The position numbers and the translations under genes are program-made. DNA of 64,000 bases from Candidatus Latescibacterota bacterium (lineage in GTDB: Bacteria; Latescibacterota; UBA2968; UBA8231), in assembly GCA_965217585.1 (NCBI GenBank), contig OZ244561.1, positions 4,544,001-4,608,000 on the forward strand, read 5' to 3'. The notes beneath the pieces are model-generated. The model was not told the DNA's origin. It saw only the letters and a program-made list of their open reading frames with translations, and made no database searches. Below are positions 49,701 to 59,525 of the stretch, piece by piece (position 1 is the first letter of the stretch; each line of letters starts with the position of its first letter).

Positions 49701-49936
49701 CGCTCCGGCAGTGCCCTGCCCGTCAGGGTGGCTAACGGCAGCGCGAAATACCCGGTTCCATCGGTCGTGGCGCGGGCAATGGCTCCCCGTTGAAGGTCGG
49801 TCATATCGAATATCCGCACCTGCGCGTCGGCGACCGGTTCTCCCGACGCCAGCCGCACTCGCCCCTCAAGCAGCGGCTCCGCGCCGACGCTAACGCTTAA
49901 TACTAAGCCGATGAGACTGCTGATTAACGACTTCAT
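46755..49936 (-). pseudogene. Frameshifted secreted multidomain protein: FlgD-Ig, Fn3, CARDB, internalin-type LRR, leishmanolysin-like HExxH peptidase
   Basis: Signal peptide; NYPNPFN; Fn3 PPAPTNL; CARDB split at GIYY/GACVTSV by a single missing base near 48530; LRRs; HEIGHVLG...HW...ELM. Confidence 0.8.
47677..48290 (-). repeat. 66-bp LRR-coding tandem repeats
   Basis: 47809-47874 and 47875-47940 are identical, with identity continuing to 47989. Confidence 0.9.
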
Positions 49937-49951
49937 AAAAAAGTTCCTTTT

Positions 49952-50195
49952 AACGTGAGTTCGGGTTAAGCGGCCTTCTAACTGGAGTCGTACCTCGCCT
50001 TTTAGGGCCGGTTTTTAGGTTGGTGGCACTTGCTTATAGATACGTTTGCAAAAATAGTACGAAAATTCCCTCTGTCAACGAAGAAAGGTTGGTTTTGAGC
50101 TTGGTGACCAACTAAAGATTAAAGCGCGTGCTCAATTTGAACCGAAAAACTAGTCTGTCGAGCTTTTGCCCCTCTGCTTATCCCGAACTCACGTT
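49952..50195. mobile_element. MITE-like element, 244 bp
   Basis: TIRs AACGTGAGTTCGGGTTAAG / CTTATCCCGAACTCACGTT (18/19); CCTTTT duplicated at 49946-49951 and 50196-50201. Confidence 0.88.
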
Positions 50196-50224
50196 CCTTT
50201 TAGGTGAACGGGCCTGTGTGAAAA

Positions 50225-51235
50225 CTAATTGATTTCTTCTTCGGCCCTCTTTTGCAGGGCGCGCATGTAAGCCAATGTATAAGCCGTGCCCAGCCGCCCG
50301 TCGTCGCCCATCTGCGGGATGTGATCCGGGATCAAGGTGCCGTCGTAGCCGACTTCGGCCAGCGTGCGCATGGCTTGATACATGTCGAAGTATCCATCGT
50401 CGACGAAGGTCTCGACAAAGTGCGGCAGCGGCTTATCTACGTTGCGGTAGTGGACTTTGAATATCTTGCCCTGCCCGCCGAAGTAGCGGATTGTCTCCAC
50501 CACGTCGCGGCCCATCGCCTCGCCCCCCTCCAGCCAGCAGCCGATGCACAAGCACATCCCCACATTGGGGCTGTCGGCGATTTCAAGGGCGCGTTGGTAC
50601 CCGTCAAAGCTGCTAAAAATGGGCCGCGGCACTCCGCCCAGCGGCACCCCGGGTGGGTCGTCCGGGTGAATGCCAATGCGGACGCCGGCCTCCTCGGCGA
50701 CCGGCGCGACTTCCTTGGCAAAGGAGGCGAAGTTGTCCCACAGCTCTTCCTCAGTGTATTCGCGGTCGTGCGTCAGCCCCTCGCCGGTAAAGCCGCCGCC
50801 GGCCGCCTCGGCGAGCCGCGCCATGTCAAAGGCCCGCGCCCTAGAGCCGCCCCGGGTCTGCTCCGGCGGCGTGCTCCACACGCTGTTGGCCATGTGGGCA
50901 TACGTCGTGTAGGGAATGTCGGCTTGGCCCAAGTTGCGGATGTGTGCCTTGTACTCGGCGACTTTTTCGTCGCGGTTGGGTAGGTTGAGGGTGATCGCAT
51001 CCACGTTGTGGACGCTGCCGTTGCCCAAGCCGTAGAGCTGGATGCCGCCACGGGCAAAGTGCTCCTGGCGGCTGCGATAGTACTCGGGGCTGGCCTTGGC
51101 CGAATCGACCCAAGTCACTGCGTATTCGACGCCCATCTGCCGCACAAAGGCCATTTCCTCCTCGCTCGGCTCCGGGGACATCTGGGCCGCGACCTTGAGG
51201 CCGGGCGCTATTTCAATGTGGCTTTTGACGGCCAT
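50225..51235 (-). CDS. Mannonate dehydratase (UxuA-like)
   Basis: VAEEAGVRIGIHPDDPP, VHYRNV, IPDHIP. Confidence 0.85.
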   Translation of the reverse strand: MAVKSHIEIAPGLKVAAQMSPEPSEEEMAFVRQMGVEYAVTWVDSAKASPEYYRSRQEHFARGGIQLYGLGNGSVHNVDAITLNLPNRDEKVAEYKAHIRNLGQADIPYTTYAHMANSVWSTPPEQTRGGSRARAFDMARLAEAAGGGFTGEGLTHDREYTEEELWDNFASFAKEVAPVAEEAGVRIGIHPDDPPGVPLGGVPRPIFSSFDGYQRALEIADSPNVGMCLCIGCWLEGGEAMGRDVVETIRYFGGQGKIFKVHYRNVDKPLPHFVETFVDDGYFDMYQAMRTLAEVGYDGTLIPDHIPQMGDDGRLGTAYTLAYMRALQKRAEEEIN

Positions 51236-51392
51236 GATGATCTTCCTTTCGCTGCAAAGGGGAGGGGTGGGATTACGCCGCAAATCTAAGGCTCCAGCCG
51301 CGCGCTATCAACAGAGGAACGCAAGCGATAAATTGAATACGTCGCTATACTTTGAGAGCGGAAGGGATACGTGCAAAATGCAGCATAAACTC

Positions 51393-52181
51393 ATGCGGCG
51401 TCCGGTCCCAATTGTCACGCTGACGACGGATTTCGGCGGTGGCGATTACTATGTCGGTGCGATGAAGGGAGTCATCTTAGGTATCGCACCGGAGGCCCAT
51501 CTCGTGGATATCTCCCACCAGATTCCGCCCCAAGACGTGCTCGCCGCCGCCTTTGTTCTGCGCCACGCCGCGCGCGAATTCCCGCCCGGCACCGTGCACG
51601 TAGCCGTCGTCGATCCCGGCGTAGGTACCCAGCGCCGTCCCCTCGCCCTGCAGAGCAACGGGCACTTGTGGGTGGGGCCGGACAACGGCCTCTTCAGCTT
51701 CGTCCTCGACCGCGCCGACAGCCGGGTGTATGAAATCGCCCGGCGCGACCTCGGCCGGCCCGACCCGAGCAGCACCTTCCACGGCCGCGATCTCTTCGCT
51801 CCGCTGGCCGCTCACCTCTGTCGCGGCTTGGACCTCGCGGCAGTCGGTCCGCCGGTGACCGACCCGGTGCGCTTGGCCGAGTCCACACCTTGTAAATCGG
51901 CTGGCCGCATCGCCGGCCACATCGTCCACATCGACGGCTTTGGCAACTTGGTAAGCAACATTGCGGCCGCCGACATTGAGCCGTGGGGCTCCGCGCTGCG
52001 CATCCGTCTCGGGGACCATGTACTCACGGAGCTTTGCCGCACGTACGAGGATGTCGAGTCGGGCGCGCCGCTCGCTTTGATCGGCAGCGCCGGTCTGTTG
52101 GAAGTTGCGGTCAACCGCGGCCATGCCGCCCGTCAATTGGGCGTGCAACGCCGCGCTACCCTTGTCGTCGAAAAGCTTTGA
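51393..52181 (+). CDS. SAM hydroxide adenosyltransferase / chlorinase-fluorinase superfamily (DUF62)
   Basis: LTTDFG, VVDPGVGTQR, GPDNG, TFHGRDLFAP, IDGFGN. Confidence 0.92.
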   Translation: MRRPVPIVTLTTDFGGGDYYVGAMKGVILGIAPEAHLVDISHQIPPQDVLAAAFVLRHAAREFPPGTVHVAVVDPGVGTQRRPLALQSNGHLWVGPDNGLFSFVLDRADSRVYEIARRDLGRPDPSSTFHGRDLFAPLAAHLCRGLDLAAVGPPVTDPVRLAESTPCKSAGRIAGHIVHIDGFGNLVSNIAAADIEPWGSALRIRLGDHVLTELCRTYEDVESGAPLALIGSAGLLEVAVNRGHAARQLGVQRRATLVVEKL

Positions 52182-52196
52182 GAAAGAAATAAAGTT

Positions 52197-53555
52197 ATGT
52201 CTAGTGCTCCGCTCATCGTCAGCATTTCTGGAATTCGCGGTCTCGTCGGCCAGTCGCTCACCGATGAGGTGGTCGCCCGCTTTGCCGCGGCCTTTGGCAC
52301 CACCTTGACGCCGGGCGCTACCGTCGTCCTCGCCCGCGACACGCGCCCGTCTGGAGCGGCTTTTGCCCAAGCTGCGGCCGCCGCCCTGTGCCAGACGGGA
52401 TGCCGCGTCGTCGATTTGGGCAAATGCTCTACGCCTGGGGCCAAGCTAATGGTCGCCGCGCTCGCTGCCGAGGGTGCGATCATCATCACTGCCAGTCACA
52501 ACCCGGCTCCTTGGAACGGCCTCAAGCTGGTGCGCGCCGACGGCGTCTTTCTCAATGCGGAAGAGGGTGCGCGCGTCGAGGTCCTCTTCCACGCGGGCCA
52601 GTTTCGCTGCGCTGCGTCCGGCGAGCTAGAAACGCTCGATTCAGACGCCGTGGTGGCGCGCCACGTCCAGCAGATTGTGGACTATGTCGATGCCGACGCC
52701 ATTCGCCGGGCCGGGTTCAAGGTGGCCGTCGATCCCTGCAATGGCACGGGGGCCTTGTCGATCCCGAGCCTGCTGGACGCCTTGGGCGTCGAAGCCACCT
52801 TCATCAACGCGCGGCCCGACGGTGATTTTGCCCACAACCCGGAGCCGGTGCCCGCTAACCTCGTCCAGCTCGGCCAGGCCGTGCGCGACAACGGTTGCGC
52901 CATCGGCTTTGCCATCGACCCAGACGCCGATCGCGTCGCGTTGGTCGATGCGAGCGGCTCGCCCGTAGGCGAAGACTATACGCTCGCGCTGGCGGTTCAA
53001 GCGGTGGCGGCGCGGCAGCCCGGCCCGGTCGTCACCACCCTCTCCACCTCACAGGCCGTTACCGACGCGGCCGTTGCTCACAACTGTCCGGTTTTTCTTA
53101 CGGCGGTCGGCGAGGTCCACGTGGTGGAGAAGATGATGGCCGAGCGAGCGGTCATCGGCGGCGAGGGCAACGGCGGCGTCATCGTCGCTCAAGTTGGCCC
53201 CAGTCGAGACGCGGCCGTCGGCTTGGCCCTAGTGCTGGAGGCTATGGCACGCACCGGCCAGTCCCTCGAAGAACGGGTCGCCGCCCTGCCCAGCTACGCC
53301 ATCGACAAGCGCAAAATTACTTGCACCCCAGAGCAGCTAGCCGCCGCCATCGCCGCGCTGCGCGAGCGCTATCCCCAAGCGTATGTCCACCCGGTGCGAG
53401 ATGGTTCCAAGCTCTACCTGAGCGGACAGCTCGAATGCCCCTGGATCCACCTCCGCGCCTCCAATACCGAACCCATTGTCCGCGTCATCGCCGAGAGCGC
53501 GAGCGCCGCAGAAGCCGCCCTGCTCTGCGACGAGGTGGAAGGTCTGTTTGCGTAG
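52197..53555 (+). CDS. Phosphohexomutase (GlmM/PMM-like)
   Basis: SGIRG, TASHNP, DPDADR, GGEGNGG, RASNTEP. Confidence 0.92.
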   Translation: MSSAPLIVSISGIRGLVGQSLTDEVVARFAAAFGTTLTPGATVVLARDTRPSGAAFAQAAAAALCQTGCRVVDLGKCSTPGAKLMVAALAAEGAIIITASHNPAPWNGLKLVRADGVFLNAEEGARVEVLFHAGQFRCAASGELETLDSDAVVARHVQQIVDYVDADAIRRAGFKVAVDPCNGTGALSIPSLLDALGVEATFINARPDGDFAHNPEPVPANLVQLGQAVRDNGCAIGFAIDPDADRVALVDASGSPVGEDYTLALAVQAVAARQPGPVVTTLSTSQAVTDAAVAHNCPVFLTAVGEVHVVEKMMAERAVIGGEGNGGVIVAQVGPSRDAAVGLALVLEAMARTGQSLEERVAALPSYAIDKRKITCTPEQLAAAIAALRERYPQAYVHPVRDGSKLYLSGQLECPWIHLRASNTEPIVRVIAESASAAEAALLCDEVEGLFA

Positions 53556-53702
53556 GGAGAAGGAGCGACTTGCCCTTCATGGGCGGTGGTTCGATTGGTG
53601 ATGCCGCGTGTGCAGTAGGCTATGAAAGTATTGGCGTTGCAGGCGACCCCGCGTTTTCAGCATGGCAAAAGCCGCGATTCTGCAATTGGCCTACGCGGAG
53701 GG

Positions 53703-54209
53703 TCAACTAGCAGCGACAATATCTCCGTAGGAGCCTTTGACTAGCTGGTCGCTGGTGATTTCCAATGCCCGCATCAGGGCCTCGACGCGTCGGTGCGACT
53801 CCTCGATGCCCTTTTCTTCGGTCACCGCCTCTAGCTCGACGAACTGGCCGAGGCCTTTTACGTCGTCGAGGTGGATGCGCACGTTTTCCCACAGCCAGAC
53901 TTGGCGCGTCTTCTCCACCTCGACCCAGATGCCGTGGATGCCGCTGAGGATGTTGCGCAGGCCCTCGGGGTCTTCGGTCTTGGCAATCTCGTAGTCGCTG
54001 CGCTTGGGGCCGGCTAGGTCCTCGCGCTGGTAGAAAATCAGATGGCCTTCGTCGGTCCCAAGCTCGCGCAGCTTGAGCCGCCCCCGGTCAATGTTGAAAT
54101 AGGTGTCCTTCTGGTGGAAGGTCCCCGCCAGCCCCGCGCCGAGGGCGTTGAGGTTTTCTTCGGCGCGCTCGACGTCGTGATAGTGAGCCTTGATCTCGAT
54201 ATTGGTCAT
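53703..54209 (-). CDS. CYTH-domain protein (class IV adenylate cyclase-like)
   Basis: NIEIKA, QKDTYF, RLKLR, GLGQFVELE. Confidence 0.9.
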   Translation of the reverse strand: MTNIEIKAHYHDVERAEENLNALGAGLAGTFHQKDTYFNIDRGRLKLRELGTDEGHLIFYQREDLAGPKRSDYEIAKTEDPEGLRNILSGIHGIWVEVEKTRQVWLWENVRIHLDDVKGLGQFVELEAVTEEKGIEESHRRVEALMRALEITSDQLVKGSYGDIVAAS

Positions 54210-54306
54210 GTTGGATGCGTTTCGTTGAATGCGGCTTGAAAATCTACGCCCGCCCCCCGGCCCGTGCAAGCTTGCGCTCCACTTCCCGATGCATCAAAGT
54301 ATAGCC

Positions 54307-55281
54307 ATGAAAGCCATAACCGTAGCCAACGACGTTGGCCACTCGCTCTGCTGGCAAGAGGTCCCAGACCCCACTTGCGGCCCGGGCGAGGTCCTCGTTG
54401 ATATCCATGCCACAGCCGTCAATCGCGCCGATCTCCTCCAGCGCGCTGGCAACTACCCGCCTCCTCCGGGCGCGTCTCCCTACATGGGCTTGGAAATGGC
54501 GGGCGTGGTCGCCGCCACCGACGCGGCCGTAACGCAGTGGCAGCCCGGCGACCGCGTCCTCGGCTTGCTCTCCGGCGGCGGGTACGCCGAGCGCGTGGCC
54601 GTTCCCGCCACCCATTTGCTGCCCCTGCCCGCCGAGCGCGACTTCACTTGGGGAGCTGCCATCTGCGAGGTCTTTCTCACCGCTTTTGTCAACCTGTTCC
54701 GCGAAGCCGGCTTGCGCGCCGGCGAGACCGCCCTCATCCACGGCGGGGGCAGCGGCGTCGGCACGGCCGCTGTGCAACTGTGCTGCCAAGCCGCCGCCAA
54801 GGCGATCGTCACGGCCGGCACGGACGACAAAGTGGCGTGCTGCCTAGCGCTGGGCGCGGAGTTTGGGGTCAACTACAAGGAGCGGGACTTCGCCGAGGCC
54901 ATTCTCGCTCACACCGACGGGGTTGATGTGATCCTCGACATCGCGGGGGCCGACTATTTGGCGCGCAATATGCGGCTGCTCAAGTCCGGTGGCCGCCTCG
55001 TGATCATCGCCGTCCTGACCGGTGCCGAGGCTCAGATCGACCTCTTGGAACTACAGAGAAAACGGCTGCGCCTGATCGGCTCGGTCTTGCGCAGCCGCTC
55101 GGACGCGGAGAAAACCGCGATCGTTGCGGCCTTCCAAGAGCGCTTCTGGCCGCTGCTAGTCGACGGGCGCATGCGAGCCGTGATCGAGGACGTGCTGCCC
55201 ATCGAGCGCGCGGCCGAAGCCCAGGACATCCTGCGGCAAAACCGCAACATCGGCAAGGTCGTCCTGCAAGTTAGGAATTAG
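54307..55281 (+). CDS. NAD(P)H-quinone oxidoreductase (PIG3 family)
   Basis: VNRADLLQRAGNYPPPPGAS, GLE, IHGGGSGVG, GKVVL. Confidence 0.92.
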   Translation: MKAITVANDVGHSLCWQEVPDPTCGPGEVLVDIHATAVNRADLLQRAGNYPPPPGASPYMGLEMAGVVAATDAAVTQWQPGDRVLGLLSGGGYAERVAVPATHLLPLPAERDFTWGAAICEVFLTAFVNLFREAGLRAGETALIHGGGSGVGTAAVQLCCQAAAKAIVTAGTDDKVACCLALGAEFGVNYKERDFAEAILAHTDGVDVILDIAGADYLARNMRLLKSGGRLVIIAVLTGAEAQIDLLELQRKRLRLIGSVLRSRSDAEKTAIVAAFQERFWPLLVDGRMRAVIEDVLPIERAAEAQDILRQNRNIGKVVLQVRN

Positions 55282-55297
55282 GAATTAGGAGTTTTCT

Positions 55298-56347
55298 ATG
55301 AGCACTCGTTATCGCCACATCGAAGTCAGCGGCCCGCCGCACGAGTTGGGCCGCCAGATCGGGGAGGCCGCCCGCGACGAAATTCGCGGCTTTGCCGCCA
55401 TCGCCCTAGAGCGGGTCAACAAGACCGTGAGCGTATCGCGCACCCGCGCCATGGATATAAGCCGCCGGAGCATGGATTGCGCGGCTGCGTACGCGCCCGA
55501 CATGCTCGACGAGTTGCGCGGCATGAGCGCGGGCGCTGGCGTCGCGCTCGACGAGTTGATGCTTTTGCAGGTGCGCAACCAGCTTTGCCCGGAGGAGGAC
55601 GCGGCCTGCACGGCCTTTGCCGTCGCCCCCCAGCGCAGCGCCGAGGGCCGAGCGATTGCAGCGCAGAACTGGGACAACGACCCCGCGTTGGACCCCTTCA
55701 CCATCGTGCTGACGCGCCGACCGGCCGGCAAGCCAGCGCTGATGAACGTCACCCAAGCGGGCCTGATCGCCTACATCGGCTGCAACGACGCTGGCATGGG
55801 CGTCTGCATGAACACCCTGCCGGCCCCCAGCCGCCCGGTCGGCGTCCCACACTACTTTGCCGTGCGCGCCATCTACGAACAGACCTCGCTCAGCGATGCG
55901 GTCGCCGCGGTGCGCCGGGCCGACCGCGCCATTCCCGGCAACGTCCTCCTCGCCACCCCGCAGGGGCCGGCCGATCTCGAACTCACTTTGGGCCACGTTC
56001 ACGTCTTGCGCGACGACGAGTTCGTCGTCCACACCAACCACTGCCTGCACCCGGAGCTCGCGCCGATCAACCGCGAATTTCCCGAGCTGATTGAGTCCGG
56101 CCCGCGCCAGCACCGCATCGAACAGTTGCTCGGCCCCGAGCAGCTCGTGAGCATGGCGCAAGTGCAGGAGGCCCTGCGCGACCACGACCGGCACCCGCAC
56201 TCCATTTGCCGCCACGTCAACGATCACCCGCAGACCGGCTTTTGGGCGAGCGTGTTTTCGGTGGTGATCGAGGCCGATCAAGGCCGCATGCACATCAGCC
56301 GCGGCAACCCCTGCGCGGCTCCGTACGAAACGTATTCGCTCAACTGA
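55298..56347 (+). CDS. C45-family Ntn hydrolase/acyltransferase
   Basis: Autoproteolytic A-CT site, AQNWD, HTNH. Confidence 0.88.
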   Translation: MSTRYRHIEVSGPPHELGRQIGEAARDEIRGFAAIALERVNKTVSVSRTRAMDISRRSMDCAAAYAPDMLDELRGMSAGAGVALDELMLLQVRNQLCPEEDAACTAFAVAPQRSAEGRAIAAQNWDNDPALDPFTIVLTRRPAGKPALMNVTQAGLIAYIGCNDAGMGVCMNTLPAPSRPVGVPHYFAVRAIYEQTSLSDAVAAVRRADRAIPGNVLLATPQGPADLELTLGHVHVLRDDEFVVHTNHCLHPELAPINREFPELIESGPRQHRIEQLLGPEQLVSMAQVQEALRDHDRHPHSICRHVNDHPQTGFWASVFSVVIEADQGRMHISRGNPCAAPYETYSLN

Positions 56348-56358
56348 CAGGAGGCACT

Positions 56359-57804
56359 ATGGGCACCCTGCACGGCACGATTGTCGATGAAGTCACCGGC
56401 GAATCGCTCGACGCCAAAGTCCACGTACTCAACGCCTCGGGCACCTTTTCCCATCCACCGGACTCCATGCTGAAGCGCGGTCCGGGGACGCCGTTTTTCT
56501 TTTGCGATGGCTCGTTTGTCGCTGAGGGCAGCCGGGGGCGCACGGATGTGCTGGTCGAGCGCGGCACCGAGTACGAACCCTATCGCACGACCGTCGAATT
56601 GCCCGCCAAGGGCCGCGTCGAGTTGGAGATTCCGCTGCGCCGTTGGTACCGCCCCCAAGAGGATGCTTGGTATCCGGGCAACACGCACATTCACTACGAC
56701 GAAAAAGAAACCCGGCCCGACGAGCGGCTCGGGATCGATTGCAGCGTCGAGGGGTACAACGTCACCTGTGTCAGCGTGCTCGACCGCCGCCAACTGCCCT
56801 ACGCATCCAACAAGTATCCCATTGGCGTGATGAACGAGTTTACAACCGCCCATCACGTCCTCGACATCGGCGAGGAAAACCGCCACTACGGAGACAACTC
56901 GCCGTGGGGCTTTGGCTACGGTCACGTGATGTTGCTCAACATCCGCAACCTCGTGCAGCCCGTCAGCCGCGGCCACACTCTCGCCGGGCAATTCGACCCG
57001 GACTATCCGCCCTTGTGCTTTTGCTGCGACGATGCCCGCGAGCAGGGCGGCTTGGTCATCTGGTGCCACAACGGCCGCGGCATGGAGGCCCCGGTGGCCG
57101 CAGCGCTCGGCAAGCTCGACGCCTTCAACCTGTTCGACCCCTTTTGGATGGATCCAGAATACGACCTCTGGTACAAGCTGCTCAACTGCGGTCTGCGGCT
57201 GCCGGCCTCGACCGGCACGGACTGGTTTGTGTGCTCCAACAACCGCGTGTACGTCCAAGTGGATGGAGAATTTTCGTATGCGCGCTGGATCGAAGGCATG
57301 AAACAGGGGCGGACCTTCATAACCAACGGCCCGGCCCTCCAGCTCACACTCAACGAGCGTCCGATGGGCGAGACCGTGGAATGCGAAAGCGGCGCGGAGT
57401 TAGAGGCCGAAGTGAACTTTAGTTCGTTTTATCCAATTGAACGCGCCGAGTTGGTGGTCAACGGCTCGGTAGTCCAGCGCTGGGAATGGCCGGCCGGCTG
57501 GCGCGAGGGCGCGTTGCGCCACGGCTTCAGGGCCGAGCGCGACGGTTGGGTTGCCGCCCGTCTGTGGGGCGACTCGCGCGACAGCTTTGGCCAGTCCATT
57601 TACGCGCATTCGAGCCCGAGCTATTTCCGTTGCGGCGCGCCGCCGGCCGAGCGCGAGGCGGACGCGAGTTTCTTCCTCCGCTCGATTGACGAATCGCTCA
57701 AGTGGATCGGCACCTATGGCCGCTACAACAACGACCAGCAGCGCGAGGATGTGCGGGAACTGTTCAGGAGGGGGCGCGAGGTGTACGCGGGGTTGGCTGG
57801 CTGA
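56359..57804 (+). CDS. CehA/McbA-family metallohydrolase (PHP-like)
   Basis: AGGAGG RBS; VERGTEY, GNTHIH, YGHV, WCH, ASTGTD, GRTFITNGP, AHSSP. Confidence 0.85.
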   Translation: MGTLHGTIVDEVTGESLDAKVHVLNASGTFSHPPDSMLKRGPGTPFFFCDGSFVAEGSRGRTDVLVERGTEYEPYRTTVELPAKGRVELEIPLRRWYRPQEDAWYPGNTHIHYDEKETRPDERLGIDCSVEGYNVTCVSVLDRRQLPYASNKYPIGVMNEFTTAHHVLDIGEENRHYGDNSPWGFGYGHVMLLNIRNLVQPVSRGHTLAGQFDPDYPPLCFCCDDAREQGGLVIWCHNGRGMEAPVAAALGKLDAFNLFDPFWMDPEYDLWYKLLNCGLRLPASTGTDWFVCSNNRVYVQVDGEFSYARWIEGMKQGRTFITNGPALQLTLNERPMGETVECESGAELEAEVNFSSFYPIERAELVVNGSVVQRWEWPAGWREGALRHGFRAERDGWVAARLWGDSRDSFGQSIYAHSSPSYFRCGAPPAEREADASFFLRSIDESLKWIGTYGRYNNDQQREDVRELFRRGREVYAGLAG

Positions 57805-58561
57805 GCGGCCACCAGGCGCGGGTGATTTCGCCGAACTCACGCGGTGTGACCGTGTACACGGGTTTGTTCTTGATCTTCTTGCTCAGGTTGGCGGCTACGG
57901 GGACGATCTGCTGGACTTGCTCTTGGCGGCGGGCAAAGAGGCTTTCCAAGACCTGCCTAAAGAAATCTTCGGACGGCACGGCGAACTTGGGCTTGGTGCG
58001 CTTGATGAGTACGAGCGCGCTCTCGACCTCGGGGCGGGGAGAAAAGGCGTCTTTGCCTACCTGCTCGATCCACTCTACTTGGGCCAGCCGCCCCACGGCG
58101 ACTCCTAGCCGACCATAGCCCTTTTGGCCGACGGTGGCGCACAGCCGCTGAGCCAGCCGCTTGGGCAACATGAGCACGGCCCGCTCAAAGCGCTGGTTTA
58201 GCAGCTTGAATACAATCGGCAGGGCCACTTGATACGGCAGGTTGGCCACCGCCTTGTCAAAGGGCGGAAAATCCACGGCCAACGCATCGCCCCATAGTAC
58301 CTTGAGATGCCCGTGCCGCCGCTGCAAATCCTTTAGACACGGAGCGAACTGGCTGTCTTGCTCCACCGCCACGACCCGCCCGGCTCGCTCCAGCAGCAAC
58401 TGCGTCAGATTGCCGATCCCAGCCCCGATCTCCAGCACGGTATCCCCGGCCGCAATGTCGGCGCAGGCTACTTCTCGGCGCAGGACGGCAGTGTCGGTGA
58501 GGAAGTTTTGGCCGAGACTTTTCTTGGGGCGGATGCGGTAGTTACGCCAAAACTCACTCAA
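57764..58561 (-). CDS. rsmA: 16S rRNA dimethyladenosine transferase (KsgA/RsmA)
   Basis: KKSLGQNFL, LEIGAGIG, ANLPY, FSPRPEVES. Confidence 0.88.
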   Translation of the reverse strand: MSEFWRNYRIRPKKSLGQNFLTDTAVLRREVACADIAAGDTVLEIGAGIGNLTQLLLERAGRVVAVEQDSQFAPCLKDLQRRHGHLKVLWGDALAVDFPPFDKAVANLPYQVALPIVFKLLNQRFERAVLMLPKRLAQRLCATVGQKGYGRLGVAVGRLAQVEWIEQVGKDAFSPRPEVESALVLIKRTKPKFAVPSEDFFRQVLESLFARRQEQVQQIVPVAANLSKKIKNKPVYTVTPREFGEITRAWWPLSQPTPRTPRAPS

Positions 58562-58577
58562 ATCACAGTCCAGATTC

Positions 58578-59513
58578 CTAATGCGCTAAAAATCGCTCGG
58601 CTTCAATCGCCGCCATACATCCGGTGCCGGCTGCGGTGACGGCTTGGCGGTACACGGAGTCCTGCACGTCGCCGCAGGCAAAAACCCCGGGGATGGCGGT
58701 TGCGGTCGAATCCGGGTCGGTGAGGATGTAGCCCTGCTCGTTCATGGTCAATGCGCCCGCGAAAAGCTGGGAGTTGGGCACGTGGCCGATGGCCATAAAG
58801 ACCCCCTCGCAGGGAAATTCGCGCGTCTGACCCGTTTGGGTGTCGCGCAGCAGCACCCCGCGCACGGCTAGCTCGCCCTCGGTCTGCAAAATTTCGTCGA
58901 TTGTGGCGTTGACTACGAAGTCGATCTTGTCGTTGTCCTGCGCGCGCTTGAGCATGATTTTGGACGCGCGAAACTCGTCGCGGCGGTGGACGATGGTGAC
59001 CTTGGAGGCGAATTTCGTCAGGTAGGTCCCTTCCTCCATGGCCGAGTCGCCACCGCCGCCGACGACTAGCTCCTTGTCGCGGAAGAAAAAGCCGTCGCAG
59101 GTGGCGCAAGCCGAGACCCCGTGCCCCATGAGCCGCGTCTCGGACTCTAGGCCGAGAAGGCGCGCCGAGGCACCAGTGGCGATGATTAGCGCATCGCAAG
59201 TGTAGGAGGCGTCGTCGCTTTTGACGGCAAAGGGTCGCTTGGACAGATCGACTTCGGTCGCAATTTTGAATTGGCACTCGGCCCCAAAGCGCTGTGACTG
59301 CTGGCGCATCAGATCGACGAGTTCTGGCCCCATGATGCCGTCGGGGAAGCCTGGGTAATTCTCTACGTCCGTGGTAATGGTTAGCTGGCCGCCCGGCTGC
59401 AAGCCCTCTAGGACGAGCGGGGCTAGATCGGCTCTGGCCGCGTACAGGGCGGCGGTCAGTCCGGCTGGACCCGAGCCGACGATGACGACCTTGTAGTGGT
59501 GATTCGCGCTCAT
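58578..59513 (-). CDS. trxB: Thioredoxin-disulfide reductase
   Basis: [30 protein letters not shown]. Confidence 0.97.
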   Translation of the reverse strand: MSANHHYKVVIVGSGPAGLTAALYAARADLAPLVLEGLQPGGQLTITTDVENYPGFPDGIMGPELVDLMRQQSQRFGAECQFKIATEVDLSKRPFAVKSDDASYTCDALIIATGASARLLGLESETRLMGHGVSACATCDGFFFRDKELVVGGGGDSAMEEGTYLTKFASKVTIVHRRDEFRASKIMLKRAQDNDKIDFVVNATIDEILQTEGELAVRGVLLRDTQTGQTREFPCEGVFMAIGHVPNSQLFAGALTMNEQGYILTDPDSTATAIPGVFACGDVQDSVYRQAVTAAGTGCMAAIEAERFLAH

Positions 59514-59525
59514 TGTTCTCCTTTT

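Noticed and set aside
51393-52181. Fluorinase/chlorinase for halometabolite synthesis
   Set aside because: Size and housekeeping context fit the widespread DUF62 SAM hydrolase; no biosynthetic neighbours
55270-55290. TTAGGAA heptamer tandem (similar run at about 60488-60512)
   Set aside because: Only 2-3 units; no function can be supported
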